Assembly: GCA_028687645.1 (NCBI GenBank)
Contig: JAQTZQ010000004.1
Location: 5,124-69,123 of the forward strand
Direction of reading: 5' to 3'
DNA: 64,000 nucleotides
Origin: Rhodocyclaceae bacterium
GTDB taxonomy: Bacteria; Pseudomonadota; Gammaproteobacteria; Burkholderiales; Rhodocyclaceae
Position numbers and translations under genes: made by a program. Positions within the stretch are counted from its first letter, which is position 1. Each line of letters opens with the position of its first letter. Under the pieces are notes generated by a model. That model did not search any database and was not told where the DNA came from. It worked only from the letters and a program-made list of their open reading frames with translations. Shown piece after piece: positions 55,673 through 64,000 of this stretch.

Positions 55673-56032
55673 ATGAAAAAAAATCAAGTTAAGACTGCCA
55701 AGATCGCAATACTTGGTTACTCAGCTGCGATGGCGATTTCAGGCAGCATGATTTCTGTTGACGCTATTGCAGGCTGCACCAATGGCACAGCCTCAGGTCC
55801 GGTTACCTGTGGTTATGTAACGGGTGCTGCTGCTCCGTGGGCTGAAGCTTGGAGCTTTACTGGGTCTAATAATGTGGCTATGGATTCAGTCGAGAATCTT
55901 ACCGGCTATGCTGCTTGCGCATATCAAAAAGATGGTACCAAATCCTTTGGTCTGACCCTTTCTGGTGGCTCTATGACGATTCGTGACGCTACGGGCAAGT
56001 CAGGTAATATTACTTCGGGTTGCGGCGCTTAA
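55673..56032 (+). CDS. Secreted beta-rich protein, candidate PilA-C
   Basis: Sec signal ending in AIA; Gly/Thr/Ser-rich with 4 Cys; directly after pilA-N, with AGGAG RBS. Confidence 0.65.
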   Translation: MKKNQVKTAKIAILGYSAAMAISGSMISVDAIAGCTNGTASGPVTCGYVTGAAAPWAEAWSFTGSNNVAMDSVENLTGYAACAYQKDGTKSFGLTLSGGSMTIRDATGKSGNITSGCGA

Positions 56033-56052
56033 GAGGACACCCTCTTTACGCT

Positions 56053-56081
56053 AAATGCCCCGGTTGCCGGGGCATTTTTTT
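56053..56081 (+). terminator. Intrinsic terminator after pilA-N/pilA-C
   Basis: AAATGCCCCGG-TTG-CCGGGGCATTTTTTT. Confidence 0.8.
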
Positions 56082-56107
56082 GGGCACAAATTGGCCTTGG
56101 GTAATCA

Positions 56108-56899
56108 ATGTACCAGTTTTTAAAATTGACTTTGCTGGGTGGGTGGCGAGTGCGAAGCTCGCGAACCATATTGGCGCTGACATTGCTAGCGATTGCGTCA
56201 GCGTGGTTGGCTGGCACTTTTTCATTGCGCCAACCGCAAACCGTCGCCTTTGATGTCGGGTTTTCATTAATTCGCATTCTGGCGGCTCTGATGGCCATTT
56301 TTTGGGTGCAGGAGTTGATCAGTAAAGACCTGGAGCGCAAGACGGTGCTTTGGGCATGCGCCAACCCGGTTTCTCGCAGCCAATATGTACTGGGGCGCTT
56401 TTTGGGCATCGCCGGTATGAGCTTTTTGATGCTTGTCTTGATGGGCGCTGCCTTGTTCCTGATCCAGAGTTGGGTGGCGCCGCAGGTTTATCAGGCTATT
56501 CCAGTGCAATCGGGCTGGATATTGGTTTTGCTGTTTGCCTGTCTTTGGCTGGATATATTGGTGATCACGGCCTTCAGTATATTGATGGCGCTGGTTTCGA
56601 CAACCGCGTTACTACCGTTTTTTCTGTCTATCGTCTTCATGATTGTGGCTCGTGGTCTGGGGCCAACGCTAGCTTATGTGCGGTCGGGAGATTCCAGGTC
56701 GGGCGCTTGGGAACCATTGCTCGATTTTTTGCAATGGATACTCCCTGATTTGTCTCGCTACGATATCCGTGGCATGGCTCTCTATGGCCAGATCATGAAT
56801 GAAAACTCAACTTGGGCATTGGCAATGCAAGCCGGCGGCTACGTTGCCATCATATTGTTGATTGCTACCTTTGCATTTTCCCGTAGAGAATTTGAGTAA
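56108..56899 (+). CDS. ABC-2 type permease (XapD-like)
   Basis: Six TM segments; LI.KDLERKT......P.SR.QYVLGRFLG; LPDL. Confidence 0.8.
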   Translation: MYQFLKLTLLGGWRVRSSRTILALTLLAIASAWLAGTFSLRQPQTVAFDVGFSLIRILAALMAIFWVQELISKDLERKTVLWACANPVSRSQYVLGRFLGIAGMSFLMLVLMGAALFLIQSWVAPQVYQAIPVQSGWILVLLFACLWLDILVITAFSILMALVSTTALLPFFLSIVFMIVARGLGPTLAYVRSGDSRSGAWEPLLDFLQWILPDLSRYDIRGMALYGQIMNENSTWALAMQAGGYVAIILLIATFAFSRREFE

Positions 56900-56915
56900 C
56901 CAAGAGGCGTTATCC

Positions 56916-59900
56916 ATGAATTCTGTTTGGCATTTGTTGCGTCAAAATGATCGCGAGTATGACCCGATTTATCATCAGCATGCGCGCGACGACATTCTCA
57001 GCTTGAGTCTGCGCCAGCCCAGGGTGGTGCTGGATGTCGGTTGTGCCGCTGGTGCTACTGCCCGCCTGCTTAAAGAACGCTTTCCCGATGTGGTGGTGCT
57101 TGGCGTTGAGCCGAATAGCCATCTTGAATCGATGGCCAGGCAAGTTTGTTCAGAGTTTTACGCGCAAACCATCGAGCAATTCCTCGCTGATCGGCCTGAG
57201 CAATGGCTGGGTAAGGTGGATACAGTCATTCTCGGCGATGTGCTTGAGCATCTTGTCGATCCATTTCGTTGCCTTGAAGAATTACATGCGCTGCTCAGTG
57301 AAGATGCGCAGCTTCTGGTTTCGCTGCCCAATATTCGCAACGCCTCGGTTCTGGATAATTTGGCTCGGGGCGACTTTTCGTATCAGCCAGCCGGCATTCT
57401 TGATGTTACTCATTTGCGTTTTTTTACACGAAGAGATGCCGAGCAGCTATTTGTTCAGGCTGGATATGGTGTTGGTGAAACCAAGTTTGTTGTCGATCGA
57501 CGCTCAGAAAGTCTCCTCAATCGATTGGATGGGACTGAAGCTGCTACGCCTCACATGTCCATCAGAGGGGTCGATAGCTCTGATATTCAGGAGCTTACTT
57601 CCTTGCAGTTTTGTTTTTTGCTTTATCGCGAAGGGTTTGGTGATAAAAAGCGGCCGGCAGGATTGTTGGTGAATCCAGATAATGATCCCTCGCTATCTGG
57701 CACTTTGAGCGAAGATGCCAAAAAGCAAAACGATAACTTCTACCATGTATGGGCTCTGCAGCGGACTTTGTCGCCAGCGCGCAGACACGTCATACAGCAA
57801 GCCATTGTGGCTATTGAAACCCCGGAAACCTTCCACTTTGCGGTTTTTGTAGCTGAAGGCCAGTTTGATTTATTGCGAGAAACCTATTTTGCGCTGGAGG
57901 CCCAGCTCTATCCGCATTGGCAGTTGACGGTTCTATCCTTTGATGCACCCTGTGCCTGGTGGCAAGAGAGCGCTCGTCATTCATGGCATCTTCTCGGCGA
58001 TGAAGATGATTCTTTGCTTGCTGTAAATCAACAGCTCATTGATTTGGACTTTAACTGGGTAGCTACCCTTTACCCCGGTGACAGGTTGCCGCCGGAAGCT
58101 CTTTTTGCGTTTGCGGAGGCGGCAAGCCGTCATCCCGAATGGTCCTGGATTTATTCTGACGAAGATAAGTTCACCGCTGAACAAAAGCGTGTCGATCCTT
58201 TATTTAAACCCGATTTCAGCCCCGATTTGTTGCGCTCGCTTCACTATACGGGGGGGCTGAGCGTTATCAGACGTTTAGCATTTATTGCGCTTGAGGGTTT
58301 TGATAGCGAGTTCGAAGGGGTTGAGGACTACGATTTTGCCTTGCGTTTATCGGTTCACCTTAATCCTGATCAGATCGGCCATGTGGCTGACGTTTTATAT
58401 CATCGACATGAAGCGGGGCGTATTTCACATCTGGAGGAGGATGAGCTGTGGGAGCTTGGGCGCTTGGCGGTGGTACGTCATTGTCAGCACCTTGATTGGG
58501 CCGCTGAAGTATCCAAAGGGCCGGCCAAACATACTTGGCGAGTCCGTTACCGTCTCGGCCACCAGCCTTCCGTCGCAATTTTGATTCCTACCCGTGATCG
58601 CCTGGAGGATTTGCGCCGCTGCGTTGATTCCTTATTGAATCTGACTGATTACTCAAATTACGAAATTGTCATTATTGATAACCAGTCATCCGATCCATTG
58701 ATCTTGGACTATATGGCAGGGCTTGAGGCTGCAGGTAAAGCTCGCGTTATCCCGTTTGATGCGCCCTTTAATTTTTCTGCAATGAATAACCGGGCTGCAG
58801 ATAGGGTGAGTAGTGACTATTTGCTGTTGCTGAATAACGATACAGAGATACTGGGTCGCGATTGGCTTGATACCCTGCTAGGCTTTGCCGAGGTGGCAGG
58901 TGCCGGGGTGGTCGGCCCCATGTTGCTCCTGGAAAATGGATTGGTGCAGCACGCTGGCGTAGTTTTGGGCTTGGGTAACATGGTGGCCGAGCACGTATTT
59001 ATTGGCATGCACCCCAACTCAAGCGTTTTGTTGGAGCGTTTGCGCTTAACTCAAAATTACTCTGCTGTTACCGGTGCTTGTCTGTTGACCAAGCGGCAAG
59101 ACTATCTGGATGTCGGTGGGCTGGATGAAGATAACCTTCCTCGCCCTTATCAGGATATTGATTTCTGTCTGAAAATTTCTTCTCAATTAGGTAAGCGCAT
59201 TGTCTGGACGCCCGATGTGCGCTTGATTCACCAAGGCTCTAAGACATACAAAGGACTTAGCGCGGAAAGAACTGAAAAGCCTAAAGCTGATCCTGTTGCG
59301 GATGTTGACTTGCCTACCGAGGGACGCGAGGTCGAATTCATGTTCGCGAAGTGGCCAACCGCTATTGCCACCGACCCGTTTTATAACCGCAACCTTATGC
59401 TCGGAAACCGCAGCGCAGGGATTGAAACCGACCCGCTGCTGACTCTGGGTGATTGGCGCTGCGGCGTGCGTGTTGTGGCTTGCCCCAATGACAATACCGG
59501 GTGTGGTGAATATCGGATAAAAGCACCCATGCGTACATTGCTGGAGGCCGGGCGAATCGACGGTGGCTTAAGCCCTCGTATTTTTGGGCCATCAGAAATT
59601 ATGCGTCTGAATCCAGATGTGGTGGTTGTTCAGCGGCAACTGGAAGATCATCAGGTGCAGGCAATTCAGCGCTACAAAAAGAGATCTTCAAGCATGGTGA
59701 TCTATGAGCTTGATGATCTGGTTACCGTTGGCTGGAGTAAAACGGCGCCGGCCAAGAGAAAGGAGCACATCGCCAACTGTTTGCGCAAGGGGCTTGAGAA
59801 AGTTGATCGGTTTATTGCCTCAACGCCACGCATCGCTGAAGAATATGGTGATTGGTGCAAGAAGGAGACGATCATTGTTCCCAACTATTTACCGATGGAT

Positions 59901-60440
59901 CGGTGGGGTGGCGTTCATGCGCGGCGATTGGAGAGAACTCGGCCCCGCGTCGGATGGGCGGGGGGGGCGAGTCACGCGGCTGACCTTGAGATGATCGCTG
60001 ATGTGGTGAAAATACTGCAGCACGAGGTTGAATGGATTTTCCTGGGGATGTGCCCTGAGGCGCTCAGACCGTATGTTCATGAGTTTCATGAGGGGGTTCC
60101 TATTGAGGGCTATCCTGCGCGCTTGGCGGGGATGAACCTCGATCTTGCACTGGCGCCGTTGGAGAATACCGACTTTAATCAGGCACGGACTGCACTCCGG
60201 ATTCTCGAATATGGAATGCTCGGTTACCCGGTTATCGCGAGTGATATGCCATCGTATCGCATGGGTTTTCCGGTGACCTTGGTGGGGGATAACGTGGACG
60301 ACTGGGTTTCTGCTATTCGCGCCATGGTTTCAGATCGCAGCCAACTTGCCGTGGCGGGTGATCGCTTAAGGCAGCATGTTATCGATCATTGGATTATGGA
60401 TAAAAACATCGACGTCTGGTTTAAGGCGTGGACGCCGTGA
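56916..60440 (+). CDS. Multidomain SAM methyltransferase + GT2 + C-terminal glycosyltransferase protein
   Basis: VLDVGCAAGA, GDVLEHLVDP; YSDED, EDYDF; ILIPTRD, LLNNDTE, AVTGACL, QDIDFC; PRVGWAGG..H, LALAPL...FN. Confidence 0.85.
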   Translation: MNSVWHLLRQNDREYDPIYHQHARDDILSLSLRQPRVVLDVGCAAGATARLLKERFPDVVVLGVEPNSHLESMARQVCSEFYAQTIEQFLADRPEQWLGKVDTVILGDVLEHLVDPFRCLEELHALLSEDAQLLVSLPNIRNASVLDNLARGDFSYQPAGILDVTHLRFFTRRDAEQLFVQAGYGVGETKFVVDRRSESLLNRLDGTEAATPHMSIRGVDSSDIQELTSLQFCFLLYREGFGDKKRPAGLLVNPDNDPSLSGTLSEDAKKQNDNFYHVWALQRTLSPARRHVIQQAIVAIETPETFHFAVFVAEGQFDLLRETYFALEAQLYPHWQLTVLSFDAPCAWWQESARHSWHLLGDEDDSLLAVNQQLIDLDFNWVATLYPGDRLPPEALFAFAEAASRHPEWSWIYSDEDKFTAEQKRVDPLFKPDFSPDLLRSLHYTGGLSVIRRLAFIALEGFDSEFEGVEDYDFALRLSVHLNPDQIGHVADVLYHRHEAGRISHLEEDELWELGRLAVVRHCQHLDWAAEVSKGPAKHTWRVRYRLGHQPSVAILIPTRDRLEDLRRCVDSLLNLTDYSNYEIVIIDNQSSDPLILDYMAGLEAAGKARVIPFDAPFNFSAMNNRAADRVSSDYLLLLNNDTEILGRDWLDTLLGFAEVAGAGVVGPMLLLENGLVQHAGVVLGLGNMVAEHVFIGMHPNSSVLLERLRLTQNYSAVTGACLLTKRQDYLDVGGLDEDNLPRPYQDIDFCLKISSQLGKRIVWTPDVRLIHQGSKTYKGLSAERTEKPKADPVADVDLPTEGREVEFMFAKWPTAIATDPFYNRNLMLGNRSAGIETDPLLTLGDWRCGVRVVACPNDNTGCGEYRIKAPMRTLLEAGRIDGGLSPRIFGPSEIMRLNPDVVVVQRQLEDHQVQAIQRYKKRSSSMVIYELDDLVTVGWSKTAPAKRKEHIANCLRKGLEKVDRFIASTPRIAEEYGDWCKKETIIVPNYLPMDRWGGVHARRLERTRPRVGWAGGASHAADLEMIADVVKILQHEVEWIFLGMCPEALRPYVHEFHEGVPIEGYPARLAGMNLDLALAPLENTDFNQARTALRILEYGMLGYPVIASDMPSYRMGFPVTLVGDNVDDWVSAIRAMVSDRSQLAVAGDRLRQHVIDHWIMDKNIDVWFKAWTP

Positions 60441-61246
60441 TCGTTTTTCGCCCACTGATTGCGATTGTTTTGGCCCTTGCCATGTATGGCGCAGGGTCGC
60501 TGCATCTCAATTATTTGCCTCGAAAAATGGCAGCAGATCAGCTTGATATTGCCATCAACCCTGTAGTTCAGGTGATGCTCGCTGGTGGCGATAGAGCCTT
60601 GGCCGCGAATTTGAATACGATCCGCTTGATTGTGCTGGATGTACTTAATCTTGATAAGCGCGATTATCCTATTCTCGCCAAGGTGCATCGTGACATTGCT
60701 TTTTTGCAGCCCTGCCAAGAAGATAATTATTACGTGGCTCAAGCTTTCTTGCCTTGGATTGGAGAGGTGGCCTCGGCGGATGAAATATTGAAGGCAGCGG
60801 CTGAGTGTCGCGGGCGCGATACGATGCCGGGATTTTTTCTCGCCTTCAATGCCTTTTATTTCCGTAAAGATTTTATGGAAGCCGGTGAATGGTTTGCCGA
60901 GACCGCCAAGCGGGGTGATGAGAAGCAACGGGATCAATTGCTGTACATGGCCAGTAAGTTTTACGAGAAGGGCGAGGATCTGAATCTTGCTGCTGCGGTG
61001 ATTCGCGGGATGGGAATGAACGCAGCCAACGAGCAACTCAAACAATTTTTGCTGGCACGCGCTCTGCGCGTTGAGAATCTGCGTGATTTGAGAGTGGCTG
61101 CAACTGCTTACACCGAGCGTTTCGCCAAGCCTCTCGAAAACCTGCAGTTGCTGGTCGATTCAGGTGTGTTAGTGCAAATCCCTGTTGATCCTCTGGGCAA
61201 GGGATATGACATTGATAGCAGCGGCATCATTCAGTTAAGGAATTAG
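60437..61246 (+). CDS. Helical/TPR-like protein (XapA-like), pilin-locus associated
   Basis: N-terminal TM segment, helical repeats, C-terminal LVDSGVL..IPVDPLG.GY. Confidence 0.6.
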   Translation: MIVFRPLIAIVLALAMYGAGSLHLNYLPRKMAADQLDIAINPVVQVMLAGGDRALAANLNTIRLIVLDVLNLDKRDYPILAKVHRDIAFLQPCQEDNYYVAQAFLPWIGEVASADEILKAAAECRGRDTMPGFFLAFNAFYFRKDFMEAGEWFAETAKRGDEKQRDQLLYMASKFYEKGEDLNLAAAVIRGMGMNAANEQLKQFLLARALRVENLRDLRVAATAYTERFAKPLENLQLLVDSGVLVQIPVDPLGKGYDIDSSGIIQLRN

Positions 61247-61249
61247 GGT

Positions 61250-62164
61250 ATGTCTTCATTGGTTATTGAAACCAGCGAACTGGGTAAAGTTTTCAAGACG
61301 CCATGGATGCGGAAAAAAATCACGGCGGTTGCAGATGTCTCTCTGAAGGTTAGCCAAGGGGAGTCATTCGGGTTTATCGGGCCGAACGGAGCGGGTAAAA
61401 GTACAACGATCAAAATTTTGATGGGTAGCCTGAGGCCGACATCCGGGCAGGCAAAACTTAACGGGCTGGAATGCAGTGACCCAAAATCCAGAATTGGTGT
61501 CGGCTACGTACCAGAAAGCCCCTATCTTTATGATTATTTGACGCCTCTCGAAACTTTGGAGATGGGCTGCAAATTGCACCACGTTCGAGAGCAAAACAGT
61601 CGGGCTTATTGCATGGATTGGCTTGAAAAATTTAGCCTTGCGCATGTGGCATCGAGAAAAATTCGCACCTTTTCCAAGGGAATGGCACAACGAACCGCCC
61701 TGGCTTATGCCTTGGCGGTGCGCCCTCGTCTGCTGGTTCTTGACGAACCTTTGTCAGGCCTCGACCCGGTTGGGCGAAAAGAAGTCATTGATATTTTGAT
61801 GGATTACCGTATCCAGGGCGGCGCGTTGTTTTTTTCTTCACATGTTTTATACGATGTTGAGCGCTTGGCAGATCGCTTTGGATTGATTCATCAGGGGCGC
61901 CTGACTACCGTGCAATCGCCGGCAGAGTTGGTTGGCGAAACGTCAATGATGGTGGTTCGTTCGCTGGGCGAGACGGTGGTGGCCGGTATGGTCGGTGATT
62001 CTTTTGGTCACTGGTATGCAGAAATTGAACAAAACCGACTTTGGCCCTTATTGGATTTGCTCAGAACATCTGGTCACTCGATTGTTGAGGTTAGGCCAAA
62101 AATTTCTTTGGAAACTGCTTTTATGGCCTATGTCTCCAAGGAGACTCCACTAGTCTCGCGATAA
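61250..62164 (+). CDS. ABC transporter ATP-binding protein (XapB-like)
   Basis: GPNGAGKST, FSKGM, LDEPLSGLDP, FFSSH. Confidence 0.9.
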   Translation: MSSLVIETSELGKVFKTPWMRKKITAVADVSLKVSQGESFGFIGPNGAGKSTTIKILMGSLRPTSGQAKLNGLECSDPKSRIGVGYVPESPYLYDYLTPLETLEMGCKLHHVREQNSRAYCMDWLEKFSLAHVASRKIRTFSKGMAQRTALAYALAVRPRLLVLDEPLSGLDPVGRKEVIDILMDYRIQGGALFFSSHVLYDVERLADRFGLIHQGRLTTVQSPAELVGETSMMVVRSLGETVVAGMVGDSFGHWYAEIEQNRLWPLLDLLRTSGHSIVEVRPKISLETAFMAYVSKETPLVSR

Positions 62165-62251
62165 GGTGAATCGCCCCAGAACCCTTTGACTTTCCCGTTG
62201 GTCGCGTGAGCAAATTAAGGTTTCCACAAGTGGAAGCCTAATCAGTTGGAG

Positions 62252-62480
62252 CTACTCAGCTTTCCGCTTATCAATCACCCTTTTTGCCTTACCAATCGAC
62301 CGCTCAATCCCCCCGATTTCAACTACGTCAATCCGTGCCGAAATACCAATGTAGAATTTGATGTGGTGTTGCAGGTCGTGGGCGACGAACTCTTTTTCGG
62401 CGCTGCTGGCGAAGGCAAATTCCGGCTTGAGTTCGACATTGACCTTCATCGAATCGAGATGCCCATCGCGGGTGACTTCC
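62252..62480 (-). pseudogene. 3' remnant of a phenylacetate-CoA ligase (PaaK/PaaF)-like gene
   Basis: EVTRDGHLDSMKVNVE...IGISA...IERSIGKAKRVIDKR; frame closed upstream by TAA, N-terminal part absent. Confidence 0.65.
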
Positions 62481-62589
62481 TGTTACCGGTGCGGAATTTC
62501 CGCACAAATCTGGCGTCGACCGTAACATTCGCCTTGCTTTCGTGTTGGAGTAATTGACAACATTCGCTCGTCTTGTTATTTTCTCCAAC

Positions 62590-62877
62590 ATGAAAGCGCA
62601 GCAGCTACTTAACGAACGAATCCCGCAAGGTGATGATGCCTTTGCCGAACTGAGGGTGTATCGGGTGCCTTCATCGGTGCCGTGTAGTTTGCATCTGCTC
62701 AAGTACAGCCTTGTATTTATTGTGCGTGGGGTCTGCGTGCTGCGCTACGACAACGAGGCGGGCAAAGGTGACCACAAGCATATCGGCGATGTTGAAACGC
62801 CGTACAGCTTTACAACGCCTGCCGCCTTGATTGCCGACTTCTGGCGCGATGTTGATTTGTTGAAGGAGCCGAAATGA
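62590..62877 (+). CDS. DUF6516/TumE-like toxin
   Basis: KYSL..I..G.CVLRYDNEAGKGDH.H; Y.FTT...L..DF. Confidence 0.7.
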   Translation: MKAQQLLNERIPQGDDAFAELRVYRVPSSVPCSLHLLKYSLVFIVRGVCVLRYDNEAGKGDHKHIGDVETPYSFTTPAALIADFWRDVDLLKEPK

Positions 62878-63218
62878 ATACTGTGATGCTGGGTGTAGCG
62901 AGCCGGGAAGAAATCAGCCGTAGATTTATCAGGGCGATGGAGACTGGCGAGCCGGAAGGCGCGTTTATCAGTTTCGAGTCACCTGCCTTGCTCTGGAAGA
63001 TGCTGACGCCGAAGCGCTGGGATATTCTCAAGTCTATGGCAGGTGTCGGGCCGGTGTCGATCCGTGAGGCTGCCCGTCGCATTGAGCGTGATGTCAAAGC
63101 CGTGCATGGTGATATTCAGGCGCTGCTCGGGTGCGGGATACTATCAAAGACTGATGACGGGTTGATTGTGTTTCCATTCGACAGGGTGCACGTCGACTTC
63201 ATGCTGGAAGCGGCGTAG
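62874..63218 (+). CDS. HTH antitoxin/transcriptional regulator (TumA-like)
   Basis: F.S...LWK.LTPKRW.IL; SIREAARR..RDVKAVHGD. Confidence 0.7.
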   Translation: MNTVMLGVASREEISRRFIRAMETGEPEGAFISFESPALLWKMLTPKRWDILKSMAGVGPVSIREAARRIERDVKAVHGDIQALLGCGILSKTDDGLIVFPFDRVHVDFMLEAA

Positions 63219-63230
63219 GCTGAGAAAACC

Positions 63231-63407
63231 CTAGGGCTGGCGTGACTTGGCGTCCAGAGCTGTAGGTGTTTCAATCAGGAGATCGATGTCACCGCCTTTG
63301 GCATTGTCGTCTGTGCGCGAGCCGAATAGCCAGACGCGGGCATCTGAACCAAATCGCTGATGCGTGGCTTGGCGGATGATTTTTGCTTGTTCAGTGGTTA
63401 GGCGCCT
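63231..63407 (-). pseudogene. Minimal nucleotidyltransferase (MNT) remnant
   Basis: RLTTEQAKIIR...FGSDARVWLFGSRTDDNAKGGDIDLLIE; AGG at the expected start, stop after 58 codons. Confidence 0.7.
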
Positions 63408-63600
63408 ATGGATGCTTTGAATTCGTTGTACCGAATGTGGATATGCGGTAGGTGGTGTTTTCGGGTTGAAGGATTTGAGTGTGTTTCCGGATGATTTTCT
63501 GCATGCTGTAATTTTATCAAAAAGCCGGATTTTGTTGCTTTGATTGTTGGCTTGTCTAGCTACAATGAAACCGGATTACATTGTGGGCACAAGGAAAAAT

Positions 63601-64000
63601 ATGGAACTCTTCTCTGCACTCGGATTTATTTGGAACAGGTCAGCCGTGCCTGTTGCGGTTCCGACTCACTCCATTGACCGGGTGGCCTTCCGCTTTCATC
63701 GCATGCTACCCGAGTTCGTTTGGGACGCATCTGTTCTCGAAGGCAACCCGTTCACCTTCCCTGAAGTTAAAACATTACTTGATGGTGTGACCATCGGAGG
63801 CCGGAAAATCTCTGACCAGGAGCAGATTCTCAACTTGGCGGAAAGCTCCAAACACCTTCTGGGGTTGGTGAAGTCTGGGAGGTTCTCGTTGGATAAGGCC
63901 ACATTCACAGAACTGCATGGACTTGTCGCACGCAACGAAGCGTTGGAGTGGGGGCACTTCCGGGGTGAGGGTGAAGAGACGGGCTATACGCCGGATGTTG
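63601..64000 (+). CDS. Fic-family protein, 5' part (runs off the window)
   Basis: Open frame MELFSALG...DASVLEGNPFTFPEVKTLLDGVTIGG...D..QILN...LH.LVA. Confidence 0.75.
   Translation, partial: MELFSALGFIWNRSAVPVAVPTHSIDRVAFRFHRMLPEFVWDASVLEGNPFTFPEVKTLLDGVTIGGRKISDQEQILNLAESSKHLLGLVKSGRFSLDKATFTELHGLVARNEALEWGHFRGEGEETGYTPDV

Noticed and set aside
63418-63560. Short Cys-containing frame (IRCTECGY...CCFDCW)
   Set aside because: No clear start or RBS, too short, and in the promoter region of the fic gene.

Overview
Mostly core chromosome of a betaproteobacterium. Gene order and protein style suggest Rhodocyclales (Dechloromonas/Azonexus-like); this is an inference. From 1 to 51.5 kb the window holds a tonB-exbBD/TonB-dependent receptor/BNR/thioredoxin uptake operon, rhlE, a two-component pair, ugpB-ugpQ, alaS, pmm/pgm, waaF, ilvE, mnmA, purB, cytochrome c'/b, the mla-ibaG-murA block, cspA, a rearranged his cluster, tatABC and degQ. 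From 51.5 to 64 kb is an accessory region with toxin-antitoxin modules, two Fic genes, an IS1634 remnant and several gene remnants. These surround a Geobacter-style split type IV pilin locus: short pilA-N, secreted pilA-C-like gene, ABC-2 permease, large methyltransferase-glycosyltransferase, XapA-like protein and ABC ATPase. The most unexpected signal is a dispersed ~30-bp motif, (GTT)RCGGTCRAC-SSS-AT tract-spacer-AT tract. I found 23 copies by eye, on both strands, in several reading frames and in intergenic DNA. Its architecture resembles the Pasteurellaceae DNA uptake signal sequence. No rRNA, tRNA or CRISPR array was seen.
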